Below are positions 54,350 through 63,617 of a stretch of DNA of 64,000 bases, piece by piece. Below the pieces are notes generated by a model, which searched no databases, was not told where the DNA came from, and was given only the letters and a program-made list of their open reading frames with translations. Every line of letters begins with the position of its first letter. The first letter of the stretch is position 1. Origin of the DNA: a virus (lineage: Duplodnaviria; Heunggongvirae; Uroviricota; Caudoviricetes); IMG/VR virus record IMGVR_UViG_3300038393_000245, positions 76,289-140,288 of that record; one strand, 5' to 3'. Both the position numbers and the translations under genes were made by a program.

Positions 54350-55723
54350 TCACATTCTAGCTCGATTTCTAATTTCTTCAAAAGTAGTCTCATTAACGAC
54401 GATTCCATCTAAGAATCGAACCTTCAATAGATTCTCACGACTACCAAGCTCTTCTTGTCTAATAGTCTTATATTCGTTAGATTCCTTAATGAGTGACAGA
54501 CGTCCCTTTTTGGACTTCTTTCCGGAGTCAGTGATTGGATCCTTAAACACATCGATCCATTTTCCATTCACTTTAGCCGCGCTGCACTTCATCGCGAATT
54601 TAAGTGTATCTCGATTAACCTGTTGAAGGAGAGCTCCTCCCTGTCCAAATGCTATATTGTCAGCACTATATCCAGCTAGTGTTAGAGTAAACAGGATCGA
54701 TCTAATGCTCGAATGATCGATTCCATCTCCCTGAATGATTCGAACGTTGTTAAGAACACGATATCCCTTATCGTTAACCGTACTTCCAAAATATTCATCA
54801 AGAATTTGAGCACACTTCTTGACAACCGTAGCAGGATCTCCCGAATCTGGTCGAACTACTAGAGTAGCTCCACTTTGAAGAACATCATCCTTAAGAACAG
54901 TTCCCCACATCTTGCAGGCTTCGAAGATATCATAGGAATCGGATACACAAGCTATCAGACCTCCGGGTTTACCATGGTTCTTAATCATGTTTCGATATGA
55001 ATCAACTTCATGATCGCGGCCCCAACTGGTTACGGTAGAGTGCTCCATAGCTGGAATGCTAAACCCGGGAACCGAATCAGAAGCATAATGGTTCATGATA
55101 TAGGATAGTGCTTCGACAGTATCCGTTCCCTTAAAGTTGATAAGGTGAGCGGCTCCACCAATGGCTGCCGATTCTCTCGAAGAGACTCCACGAGCTCCAA
55201 AATCATGAAGCTTAAAATCGATAAGTGATGGATCTCCAGTTTTATTCAGACAGTCTAGAATGATCTCTTTCGAATGATAGCTATTACTGGCTACCGTCGT
55301 AGGATACCAGATCGCCCTTAACAGAGCCGTCTCAAGGAACGAGGTTAGCCACCAGCACGCTGGATCAGTATTGAAGATTGCGGCCAATATATTCTTAGTA
55401 GGAAGAACAGTACCTTCATCAATTCCTAAGATACAGACTGGAAGTTTCCCTCTATGATTCTCTACTATGTAGTCCCATCCTTCTCGATAAAATGGAAGTC
55501 CATGAGAGGTGATAATATCTTGAGCCTCATTAACATCTTCGTTAGTGACTACACAGTCTCTAAGATAGTGTACAAATGGTTGAAGCCCATTGTAGACAAC
55601 TTTATCATAGAGACCACCTCTTGATTCGATATAGGACCAAACAAACTCAGTGTTCGGAGGGTACTGATTCCATTGCGAATACTTGTATGAATCGCTATTC
55701 AGAATAATATTACTTGTAGTCAT
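54350..55723 (-). CDS. nadV: nicotinamide phosphoribosyltransferase (NAMPT/NadV)
   Basis: NSDSYKYSQW..YPPNT, LHDFGARGVSS, INFKGTDTV, RPDSGDP and QGDGI blocks align along the whole length with NAMPT. Confidence 0.95.
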   Translation of the reverse strand: MTTSNIILNSDSYKYSQWNQYPPNTEFVWSYIESRGGLYDKVVYNGLQPFVHYLRDCVVTNEDVNEAQDIITSHGLPFYREGWDYIVENHRGKLPVCILGIDEGTVLPTKNILAAIFNTDPACWWLTSFLETALLRAIWYPTTVASNSYHSKEIILDCLNKTGDPSLIDFKLHDFGARGVSSRESAAIGGAAHLINFKGTDTVEALSYIMNHYASDSVPGFSIPAMEHSTVTSWGRDHEVDSYRNMIKNHGKPGGLIACVSDSYDIFEACKMWGTVLKDDVLQSGATLVVRPDSGDPATVVKKCAQILDEYFGSTVNDKGYRVLNNVRIIQGDGIDHSSIRSILFTLTLAGYSADNIAFGQGGALLQQVNRDTLKFAMKCSAAKVNGKWIDVFKDPITDSGKKSKKGRLSLIKESNEYKTIRQEELGSRENLLKVRFLDGIVVNETTFEEIRNRARM

Positions 55724-55763
55724 TGTAAAACTCCTTTACAACATTAAAATAAGCGTTTATCGC

Positions 55764-56810
55764 TTATCTGATCAATGGAACGAAATTAGTGATGATATCA
55801 TAGTGATCGTCAAAGAGTTCCTCTCTCTTAATACTTACGAATGGAACCCACTTGGCTTTTTCAGCATCATCTGCTCCCTTAATCTTCGGGAGCTTCCATT
55901 CTCCTCCTTGAAGAGAAATATGAGCAGCGAATGTAATTGATCTTCCGAGTTGCGATCTATTTTTAGCAGAGAAGTGTCTCTCACTCTTAATCGATCCTCT
56001 CAGAACTTTATCCGGGACGTCGATTCCTGTCTCCTCCTTCAACTCTCGAATAATTCCATCTAGAGGAGTATCATCATTTACGGCATCGAAATATCCTCCT
56101 GGGAGAGCCCATAGACCCTTTCCAGGATGAGACCTACGCTTAATCAATAGAATGTGACCACTCTGAGTGACTACAGCGTCGCACGTTACATTGACCACCG
56201 GATAGGGAAGAGACTTGTACTTTTCTCTATATGAATCAACGATTCTCTTCTCTTCTAGAATGTTTTGAAATTCTTCGGTTGATCTAAATCGTATCAAGAA
56301 AGAGATGACCGACTGAGGCATCACTCCAACAAGGAAATTAGAGTTGAACTTATCGGAAAAGTACATCTCTCGAATTTGAGTCGCATCTAAGATGTTGACA
56401 AAGTCGGCAGGAACTTCTTCCCATTGAGGAAACATTTCGAGATATCTTTTAGTCTCCAAGTCCTTCTTGTGCCCAATGATTCCAATCCTATCACCGTTAT
56501 TGGTATACCATGATACTGTCTCCTGAATTCGAGCGACCCATGCGTCATCATCATACAGAGTATCGTCGTTGTATTCGAATACATACTCGGCTGAAGTGAA
56601 GTCAGAGAGACGCTGTACTTCTTCGGAGAGCATATCAATACGCTCTTGGTATGTCCACGGGTTCTTGAATGTTCTGGGAGCTTTAGCAGATCCGATAATG
56701 ATGATGACTTGATCGGCTAGTTTTCCAGCTCGCTCTAATAGCTCGAAATGAGCGTTGTGTGGAGCCTGGAATCGTCCAATGAGGACAAGTGTATTATAAG
56801 GTTTTTTCAT
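55764..56810 (-). CDS. bifunctional NMN adenylyltransferase / Nudix ADP-ribose pyrophosphatase (NadM-Nudix, NatV-like)
   Basis: N-terminal GRFQAPHNAH ((H/T)xGH nucleotidyltransferase) and C-terminal Nudix box GGYFD..DDTPLDGIIRELKEETGI. ATAAATA late motif at 56861-56867. Confidence 0.85.
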   Translation of the reverse strand: MKKPYNTLVLIGRFQAPHNAHFELLERAGKLADQVIIIIGSAKAPRTFKNPWTYQERIDMLSEEVQRLSDFTSAEYVFEYNDDTLYDDDAWVARIQETVSWYTNNGDRIGIIGHKKDLETKRYLEMFPQWEEVPADFVNILDATQIREMYFSDKFNSNFLVGVMPQSVISFLIRFRSTEEFQNILEEKRIVDSYREKYKSLPYPVVNVTCDAVVTQSGHILLIKRRSHPGKGLWALPGGYFDAVNDDTPLDGIIRELKEETGIDVPDKVLRGSIKSERHFSAKNRSQLGRSITFAAHISLQGGEWKLPKIKGADDAEKAKWVPFVSIKREELFDDHYDIITNFVPLIR

Positions 56811-56871
56811 ATCGCAAAACTCCTTTGCGTGTATAGTAACAGAGTCTATCTCTGTTACTTGTATTTATCAC

Positions 56872-57114
56872 TCAGAACGGAAGTCGATTCCTTTTTCTAT
56901 CATCCTTAGTCATACAATATTTAAGAACATTCTTAAGATGAGTTCTCATGTCGAGAGAGTACTCTAGATCCTCTATATGGTGTGGGAGAAGAGACTCTTT
57001 CTTAGCTAGAGACGTTTCAATCTCATCGCCAATCATGCTCCACCAATGAAGGATCTCTTTTTGGACGATCTGATCGATTTGTTCTTGAGTTATTTCAAAT
57101 GTAAATCTTGCCAC
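56872..57114 (-). CDS. hypothetical protein (80 aa)
   Basis: ORF track. Confidence 0.45.
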   Translation of the reverse strand: MARFTFEITQEQIDQIVQKEILHWWSMIGDEIETSLAKKESLLPHHIEDLEYSLDMRTHLKNVLKYCMTKDDRKRNRLPF

Positions 57115-57708
57115 TTATTCTTCTCCAAATACATCCAAAACGATCTTCTTAAACTTATTAAGATCGTACTTCATAAAGGGTTGATATTTAATAATGAGTT
57201 TGGACACTTCTTTCCAGATTGGATCGTCTCTTAAAACTTTGTTCCATTTTGGAAAACACTTTGTAAGATGGACGAGTATAATGAGCGTTTCAAGACAGAT
57301 TCGTCCAGAAAGGAATTTTCTAAGAAGCTCTGGATGTCGTCCATCTTCCACTGTAAAGTTGTCGTCAAAGTTCGGTTCGAGTAGTCCCATTTCAGATCTA
57401 AAATTGTAGGTAAGGGATTGGTTCCTTTTGAGCCATTCTTTGTATCGTTGTTCCGATTGTTCATTAATTAAATCTCCAACCCAAATGTTTCTATCATGAA
57501 TGATATTAGAAAGAATGTATGATGATGGATCTCGGTGTTTAGCTAACTTATCGAAGAAATATTTGTCTCGTCTTTTTTCGAAAGACTTGACGCTAACGTT
57601 TAGCTTCCCTCCGTATCGGAAGTAATCATACGAATCTTTTGTGAAGTGATTCTTAAGAGCTAGATACTTCTGATAGGTTTCGAACGGTGTCATTAATCTC
57701 AACGCCAT
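57115..57708 (-). CDS. helicase loader gp59-like
   Basis: KSFEKRRDKYFFDKLAKHRD matches T4 gp59 AAYQKRRDKYFFQKLSEKY. 197 aa against 217 aa. Confidence 0.8.
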   Translation of the reverse strand: MALRLMTPFETYQKYLALKNHFTKDSYDYFRYGGKLNVSVKSFEKRRDKYFFDKLAKHRDPSSYILSNIIHDRNIWVGDLINEQSEQRYKEWLKRNQSLTYNFRSEMGLLEPNFDDNFTVEDGRHPELLRKFLSGRICLETLIILVHLTKCFPKWNKVLRDDPIWKEVSKLIIKYQPFMKYDLNKFKKIVLDVFGEE

Positions 57709-57988
57709 TATCTCTCAATGCTCTAACTATAGAACTTATAAGACCAAAATCATTTCGTCCAGTATCTTTAGACCACTTAATGGCTTCAACACACGCATTA
57801 TATGCCTTGTCATTAATCTCAATGGACATTTCTCGATAGTCACAGCGATCATTAAAAACTCTTCGAAGATAAGAGGTTCCTCCATCAACCGCTACACTTC
57901 TACACTCACAATGTACAAAATCATGTCTATGAGAAGAATATGGTTCATCACCACAGTTATTGCAGTGAACTTGGTTTGAGAGAATCAT
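57653..57988 (-). CDS. Cys/His-rich zinc-binding protein (111 aa)
   Basis: CNNCGDEP..HCEC. Overlaps the gp59 start by ~56 nt. Confidence 0.45.
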   Translation of the reverse strand: MILSNQVHCNNCGDEPYSSHRHDFVHCECRSVAVDGGTSYLRRVFNDRCDYREMSIEINDKAYNACVEAIKWSKDTGRNDFGLISSIVRALRDNGVEINDTVRNLSEVSSS

Positions 57989-58093
57989 TTCTTATTCCTA
58001 ATCTTATCGAAAGCTTTTTGAATTCTGCTCACTAGGTCCCTCTTCTGTTTCTCAGTGAGAGGGCGTGGTCTTCCTTCAAATGGAATGTAGTCA

Positions 58094-58321
58094 TCAGTCA
58101 TCTATAGGAAGCTTAGCCGAAGACTTAATGATGTTAAGGTTCTCTGCCTCAATCTGTATCTTAGCACGAAGAACAGCGTCCTTTTTGATAAGAGAGGCGG
58201 CGGTTTCTATGTCTATGTTATTTTCTTGGCACCAGTGACAGACGGCGTCTATTATATCCGTCTTGCCTCCTTTGGTGAGGCGCTCGATCTCCTTAGAGAG
58301 ATCGACATTAAATTTTGACAT
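58094..58321 (-). CDS. late-transcription accessory protein gp33-like (75 aa)
   Basis: IDAVCHWCQENNIDIETAASLIKKDAVLRAKIQIEAENLNII resembles the T4 gp33 C-terminal region LEATTAFLEENSIPETQFAKFIPSGIIEKIQSEAIDENLL. T4 order is 33-59-32. Confidence 0.45.
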   Translation of the reverse strand: MSKFNVDLSKEIERLTKGGKTDIIDAVCHWCQENNIDIETAASLIKKDAVLRAKIQIEAENLNIIKSSAKLPIDD

Positions 58322-58594
58322 TTATTCCAATTCAACGATTGTATGGATCATCTTTTCTGGATCCATTATACACCACATGATGCATTTTGTCAACAAAAGA
58401 ATGAATAAAAAGATTAGAGGAGTACTTGGTAGGAATAGATACGCTAGAACAATGGAGATGACGTCTATCGATAGTATAGTCCAGTAGAATGCTACTCGGT
58501 CAAACGGACATGGTATATGACACATGCCATATCCGGCAAAGTATAGCGCCGCCAGGATTCCTAGCAGGATAGCGCTAACTATAAGAATGAACAT
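58322..58594 (-). CDS. small membrane protein (90 aa, 3 TM)
   Basis: Hydrophobic. Confidence 0.5.
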   Translation of the reverse strand: MFILIVSAILLGILAALYFAGYGMCHIPCPFDRVAFYWTILSIDVISIVLAYLFLPSTPLIFLFILLLTKCIMWCIMDPEKMIHTIVELE

Positions 58595-58800
58595 TAATAG
58601 TCCTTATAATATTCTTTCGCCATCTTTGGATCAGAATCCAAACTCATTAATATAGATTCACACTGACGAGCATACTCAATTAAAATGAGGAGATCGTCTG
58701 AACTAACCGATACATTCACTGACTTACTGGGAGACTTAAGAACCACGAGCTCTAGGTCGTCAATAAGCTTGGTCATTACAGAACGCTTGTATGTAACCAT
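58594..58800 (-). CDS. hypothetical protein (68 aa)
   Basis: ORF track. Confidence 0.45.
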   Translation of the reverse strand: MVTYKRSVMTKLIDDLELVVLKSPSKSVNVSVSSDDLLILIEYARQCESILMSLDSDPKMAKEYYKDY

Positions 58801-58868
58801 AAAAGGTACTCCTTCTGTACCTCATATTTATGGTTCAGAGCGTTCTAGCGACAACTATTTTTGAAGAG

Positions 58869-58952
58869 TGGAGCCCCTGACAGGATTCGAACCTGCATAC
58901 GTCCATTACGCTGTTAAAGACCGGGTAGAAGCCGGTGGCGATACAGGGGCTC
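58869..58952 (-). tRNA. atypical tRNA-like gene (~82 nt) with encoded CCA, candidate anticodon UCU (Arg)
   Basis: Reverse complement has canonical T-arm GCAGG-UUCGAAU-CCUGU, acceptor GCCCCUG/CAGGGGC, discriminator U and CCA. A 5-bp/7-nt hairpin ACCGG-CUUCUAC-CCGGU sits where the D-arm should be. No canonical D-arm can be drawn. Confidence 0.45.
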
Positions 58953-58957
58953 AATGA

Positions 58958-59266
58958 TTATTCTTTAGTAAGCATATTTAGTATTAGACGATACCGTTCC
59001 TTAAGATTCAGATTATAAAATCCAACCGTTTTGGACATATGAAAATTATGAAACCCAATGTATGCGTCTAACAGACGATTATAGACTTCGCTTCCTTCAG
59101 AGTCTAATGGTTCGTCGTTATAATCTATTTCTCGAACTTCCAACATCTCTCCAAGATAAGACATTCCATCTCGACACGACTCGGCTTGTTCTTTAGTATC
59201 GAATGGACTTCCAACAACCACGTCTCCAAAGTCTACAAGAGCCCAAACCTTTTTCATCTTATTCAA
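58958..59266 (-). CDS. hypothetical protein (102 aa)
   Basis: ORF track. Confidence 0.5.
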   Translation of the reverse strand: MNKMKKVWALVDFGDVVVGSPFDTKEQAESCRDGMSYLGEMLEVREIDYNDEPLDSEGSEVYNRLLDAYIGFHNFHMSKTVGFYNLNLKERYRLILNMLTKE

Positions 59267-59489
59267 AAATAAATTTAATGAGCTTGTTAGCTTCGTTGAT
59301 TACTTGTTCAGCAGACGGAGCTTCAGGAGTTTCTTGTAACATCATCTTACTGTTCAGAATTACATGAGCCAAATCTAGAACTCTTAGTCGAAGCTCGTAT
59401 AGAGATTCGGCGTTCATGTCGTTGGTACCTCCTGCTGAGATTGGATGGCCTCGACACCATCTCTCACTCCCTGAAGATACATCATACAA
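59259..59489 (-). CDS. hypothetical protein (76 aa)
   Basis: ORF track. Confidence 0.4.
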   Translation of the reverse strand: MYDVSSGSERWCRGHPISAGGTNDMNAESLYELRLRVLDLAHVILNSKMMLQETPEAPSAEQVINEANKLIKFIFE

Positions 59490-59698
59490 GAGAACGCTAG
59501 AAACTGCTGGTCGTCCTTACTAAGCTTGAGCTTCTGAGAGACCTCTTCAAAGGTCATCTTCCGGGTCGCGACTGCAATACAAATATTAGAAGTAGTCTCT
59601 ACAACCTGAGAGATTGATGTGGACTGAGTTGGAACTGCGGCATATGCTGGAACTGGAGTCATAGCCAATAGAGCCGCGATTACGATTGATTTCATCAT
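59414..59698 (-). CDS. secreted protein with signal peptide (94 aa)
   Basis: MMKSIVIAALLAMTPVPAYA. Confidence 0.5.
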   Translation of the reverse strand: MMKSIVIAALLAMTPVPAYAAVPTQSTSISQVVETTSNICIAVATRKMTFEEVSQKLKLSKDDQQFLAFSCMMYLQGVRDGVEAIQSQQEVPTT

Positions 59699-60068
59699 TT
59701 ATATGCCTATTTGAATGAGCGCCGAGATTGGGTGATAAGGCTCTCGGCCGGCCTCAGGAGTTCTTAGGCAGCTAGTGCCATCTCCGGAAGATTATCATTT
59801 GCAGATATTCTATTTAGCGCTTACGGCGCCAGTCGATCCTCTGAGTGTATCATTCACTGGTGTCGATCCTATTTCGCCCCCATCAGAAATACTGGATCCA
59901 AAGATGTCAACCTTTGTACGATTGATTAGCCAACACTCGTTAACAAATGTTTCCGCTACCGGTCGCTACTCCGGTCATGTGTGACAACCCAGTATTTCTG
60001 GTGGAGGCGGCGGAGTACTGCCCTCCGCGTCCATCCAGCTATCTTTTCACCTTAAGCAAGGATGAGAT

Positions 60069-60098
60069 ACTTATACTATACTATCCATCAAATGTCAA
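60069..60098 (-). promoter_or_regulatory. early promoter TTGACA-N17-TATAAG
   Basis: Reverse complement ccTTGACAtttgatggatagtatagTATAAG. Followed by a ~370-nt ORF-less region. Confidence 0.55.
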
Positions 60099-60383
60099 GG
60101 AATTTTTATCGGATTCTTCTTTAATTACTTTCTTAATCGCTTGAGTGATCAAGTAATTCGGAGTTACTCTGTCCATGCTGGATTTAATGAGCAGAAAATC
60201 ACAAAGATCTGGATCTAACTCAAAATCCAAGTCTACGTATCCCTCTGCTCCAAAATTTTCATCGGAGAATTCTTTAGCTCGATCATACAGTTCTAATAAA
60301 TCTTCCGGAACGGATTCTTTAATCTTAGACAAGAATTCTTGAATAGGGTTCACTTCTTCATCTCCTCTACATTCCAGCACCAA
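60081..60383 (-). CDS. hypothetical acidic protein (100 aa)
   Basis: ORF track. Confidence 0.5.
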   Translation of the reverse strand: MVLECRGDEEVNPIQEFLSKIKESVPEDLLELYDRAKEFSDENFGAEGYVDLDFELDPDLCDFLLIKSSMDRVTPNYLITQAIKKVIKEESDKNSLTFDG

Positions 60384-60589
60384 AATTTAAGCATCATCTG
60401 ATGATATGACAGGTAATAGTCGGTGTACCAGTCACGATTCGGTATTATTCCATTATGAATCTCTTTCATCTTTTCGTCATACCAATCCTCATTGAGTTTT
60501 CGACGAATGGTATAAACCCAATGATTCCGATACAACATATACGAGACCACTAAGAAATATGATACAAATAGTATAAGAAAAATAATCAT
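60350..60589 (-). CDS. small membrane-anchored protein (80 aa)
   Basis: Internal start MIIFLILFVSYFLVV in ATGA overlap with the upstream ORF. Confidence 0.4.
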   Translation of the reverse strand: MIIFLILFVSYFLVVSYMLYRNHWVYTIRRKLNEDWYDEKMKEIHNGIIPNRDWYTDYYLSYHQMMLKFWCWNVEEMKK

Positions 60590-60987
60590 CCCATTTTCCC
60601 TTGTGGTATCGATATAAGGTCGCCAACTTTGAACATGTCCATCCAGCTTCCGTCGAGTCGACATGCAACGAAATAATCGTCTCCGGCTGGTCTGACCCGT
60701 AACCACGTCACTTGAGAATCGTTATCTCCAGCTCCGGTCGGTTTAGATACACTAATCTGTTCTATGACGACCGGAGCTCCAGAACACGCTTTTGACGCGT
60801 CACTTAGAGAATTGTGTTTAACATTCGTAGGCTTTGGAATAACAACTTTCTCTATTCTTTTTACGACTCGGACTTCATGAACATCGACTACTTTCCTCTC
60901 GAGCGGATTAATCTTCCATAGAACTCCTGTGGTAAACAAGAGAACACTCAATCCAACGATTGGAAGATTCTTCACTCTAGCTCTCAC
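60586..60987 (-). CDS. signal-anchored/periplasmic protein (133 aa)
   Basis: N-terminal hydrophobic segment. Confidence 0.5.
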   Translation of the reverse strand: MRARVKNLPIVGLSVLLFTTGVLWKINPLERKVVDVHEVRVVKRIEKVVIPKPTNVKHNSLSDASKACSGAPVVIEQISVSKPTGAGDNDSQVTWLRVRPAGDDYFVACRLDGSWMDMFKVGDLISIPQGKMG

Positions 60988-60989
60988 TT

Positions 60990-61649
60990 TTAAAGTGTCG
61001 GAACAAAGTAACCGGGAGTCTTAACCTTCTTTGGTCTCTTCTCGACGTTTCCAAAAGGAGCGTCTGGTGGTGGTAGCATCGCTCGAAGCTCAGGAGCCGT
61101 CTCTGGAGTAGAATCAAGAATCCTCTTTTCAATCATCTCGATCGTATCGACGTAGAGATGATTGATTCGATTCTCTAGAAGAGCAGAGGATTCGACCCTC
61201 TCTCTTTCGAGAGATAACTTCTTTTTCCTTTTCTTCCACGACTTGAATGACTTGTAGATTTGATAGTCTTCGTACGTTGATACTGGAATACGACGGGTTA
61301 ACACGCCATCTTTTCCAGCTCCAGTCATTAGAACCGCTACTTTTCCTATTCTTCCGGCTGTAATCTCTACACCGAGACTAGGATTGCTAATGACGAGGTC
61401 TGATTTCCACCCGTTCAGAGCCTTATCACACCATGCTTCGCATGCGTAATCACAATCTATCATTCTAGATATCGTAAGAGGAGCAGTGTTACTGGAAAAT
61501 CCTCCGTACCACCAGGACACCAGTGCTCCATAGATAGACCGAGGGAATCTATCGATATCACTCATATGGGCTGACACTCCTCCGAGTGTTAAGAAACCAG
61601 CGGTCGCCAAAAACACTACTTCAAACATTATCGTGAGCCTCCTTATCAA
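60990..61649 (-). CDS. hypothetical protein with N-terminal TM (219 aa)
   Basis: ORF track. Confidence 0.5.
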   Translation of the reverse strand: MIRRLTIMFEVVFLATAGFLTLGGVSAHMSDIDRFPRSIYGALVSWWYGGFSSNTAPLTISRMIDCDYACEAWCDKALNGWKSDLVISNPSLGVEITAGRIGKVAVLMTGAGKDGVLTRRIPVSTYEDYQIYKSFKSWKKRKKKLSLERERVESSALLENRINHLYVDTIEMIEKRILDSTPETAPELRAMLPPPDAPFGNVEKRPKKVKTPGYFVPTL

Positions 61650-61887
61650 AGACTACTTTGTTCCCGATACACCGTCCTTGAACAGAATTACGAAGGTACG
61701 GAGTCACGAATATTTCATTCACGGCGCTCCCATAAAGATATGCATACCCATCTCTACAGACTACCTCTGCCATCTCTACGATATTCTTTTCAGGTCGTGG
61801 TTCAGTGTTTACTCTTTGACATCCAGTTACCAGAGCAATAATGATACCACAGAAGAAGATGAACTCTATTAATGATTTCACTATCAT
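61621..61887 (-). CDS. small lipoprotein (88 aa)
   Basis: LVTGC lipobox. Promoter TTGACA-N17-TATAAT at 61904-61937. Confidence 0.5.
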   Translation of the reverse strand: MIVKSLIEFIFFCGIIIALVTGCQRVNTEPRPEKNIVEMAEVVCRDGYAYLYGSAVNEIFVTPYLRNSVQGRCIGNKVVFDKEAHDNV

Positions 61888-61933
61888 ATACTCCTAAAGG
61901 CCAAAGCCATTATAAGTGATGCTCCAAGAAATG

Positions 61934-62131
61934 TCAAGGATTATTTACAGCATTAGTATACTTACGATATTCTTCCCAGCCAAATGGAGTGAGAAATGCT
62001 GTTCCAAGAATCCACGTAACTGGAGAGGGATACTCTTCATACATTAATTCACAATACTGTGAATAATATCTCTTATGATTAAACGGCCTGGATGCAAGAA
62101 GAATAAGTCTCTTCCTTCGTAATGGTGTCAT
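61934..62131 (-). CDS. hypothetical protein (65 aa)
   Basis: ORF track. Confidence 0.4.
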   Translation of the reverse strand: MTPLRRKRLILLASRPFNHKRYYSQYCELMYEEYPSPVTWILGTAFLTPFGWEEYRKYTNAVNNP

Positions 62132-63294
62132 TTTACAACCCTCAATAGTAGTGTGTTTTCGTTCATTCTCTCTTGTATCTTTTGATCGCTTCCTCTAGCA
62201 TTCTTCATAACGCTTCTCAAAGAGACCTTACCACCATCGGTCACTTCTTTAAGAATAGAATCTACATCTTTGGCTCGGAGCTTCTTTGTGGACGATTGAG
62301 ACTCATCAAATCTAGTGATCGCGGTCCTATGGACATCGAGACCAGATGGATCACTCGAACGAAATACAGTGAGCTGGTTATACTTGGTGTTGAATGTCCA
62401 TAGTTCGGAGGCTCCAAGAATTCTGATCGGCTGAATGGATTGAATCTTCCTAGAATTATCAAATTCTAGGTGTTTAAAATCTTTCAATTTCTTTTCTGCC
62501 GTCATCGGTTTCTTTGCTCTTGGCTTCCTCTCCTTTTTAGAGTTTGAGAGGTAGAGTTCGATGTCTTCGACAATCATAACAAAGAATCCGAACAACTTTT
62601 TAAATTGTTCCTTAGTATATCCTTTGTATCCTTCCATTATCTCTTTATTTCCCTCGTATGCCTCTTCTATCTCAAGAAGCTGAGGGTTGAAATAATCGTG
62701 CATTCTCTTAGCCTGGACGGAAGGAATCTCTCTGCCCTGAAGCCAATCATACATCTTAAAACCGGGAGTGAAGTCAAAAATAAATTTATCGATTTGTTCC
62801 TCAATTTCGCAGATGAGACCATCAAGAAGAACAGACATTCTATCTTGAACAGTTCTCTCGATTTTTGGCTTAGATTCTTCAGGAGATTCGGCTTCCATTT
62901 TATCTGACTTGGAGTAGTCTCTGGATAGAGTTTCCTGAAGTCGATTCTCAAAGAACTCTCTACTCGACTCTGGTAAAACGGCTCCACGAGACCACATTCT
63001 GGCTAGCCAACAAACCGTTGTTGGAAGCCAGCGATCCGGAACATCCTTAACTCTTTTTGCTTCCGAATCCCTAGCGGAATTCTTGAGATACTCTACGAGA
63101 TATTCTCGGGCCTCTCTTGTGTCGCACATATAATTGTACCACGAGAGATTAACATGGTGTCGACTACGGGCGACCAATTTAGATGTGAATGTTGGTTCAT
63201 CACCACAGTACTTTCGGTTGATCAAGTACTGTTCTGTTTTGGATTTCTTCTGAGATTTTGCTTTGATTTTAATAAGCGAGGGACGGCGCGCCAC
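62128..63294 (-). CDS. hypothetical protein (388 aa)
   Basis: Long ORF with no confident family. Confidence 0.55.
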   Translation of the reverse strand: MARRPSLIKIKAKSQKKSKTEQYLINRKYCGDEPTFTSKLVARSRHHVNLSWYNYMCDTREAREYLVEYLKNSARDSEAKRVKDVPDRWLPTTVCWLARMWSRGAVLPESSREFFENRLQETLSRDYSKSDKMEAESPEESKPKIERTVQDRMSVLLDGLICEIEEQIDKFIFDFTPGFKMYDWLQGREIPSVQAKRMHDYFNPQLLEIEEAYEGNKEIMEGYKGYTKEQFKKLFGFFVMIVEDIELYLSNSKKERKPRAKKPMTAEKKLKDFKHLEFDNSRKIQSIQPIRILGASELWTFNTKYNQLTVFRSSDPSGLDVHRTAITRFDESQSSTKKLRAKDVDSILKEVTDGGKVSLRSVMKNARGSDQKIQERMNENTLLLRVVK

Positions 63295-63380
63295 TGAATA
63301 CTTTCTAACGAAAAAATGAGAATAACTGGCAACTTAATCCAGCCTAGACCCTATATATCTCATTTATGAAAGAAAGTAAA

Positions 63381-63617
63381 CTATTTCTTTTTTAACGCAA
63401 TCAAAGCCCTTGAAGTTACAACAATAGCTCCCATTGCGACAGCCAAATTCCAGTCTTCTTCACGAATGTCATAATGATCTCCATTATGAAACCAGTGTTT
63501 TCCAACTCCAATTGACTCTGCGAATTTATGGAGTTCGTCGAGAGAATCGGCTATCATGTGAGCGTACCGTTTCCTCTTATGATGATATGTTCTCAATGGA
63601 TCAACATACACTGTCAT
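63381..63617 (-). CDS. DUF4031-like protein (78 aa)
   Basis: MTVYVDPLRTY..HMIADSLDELHKFAESIG..HWFH resembles the DUF4031 family. Confidence 0.5.
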   Translation of the reverse strand: MTVYVDPLRTYHHKRKRYAHMIADSLDELHKFAESIGVGKHWFHNGDHYDIREEDWNLAVAMGAIVVTSRALIALKKK

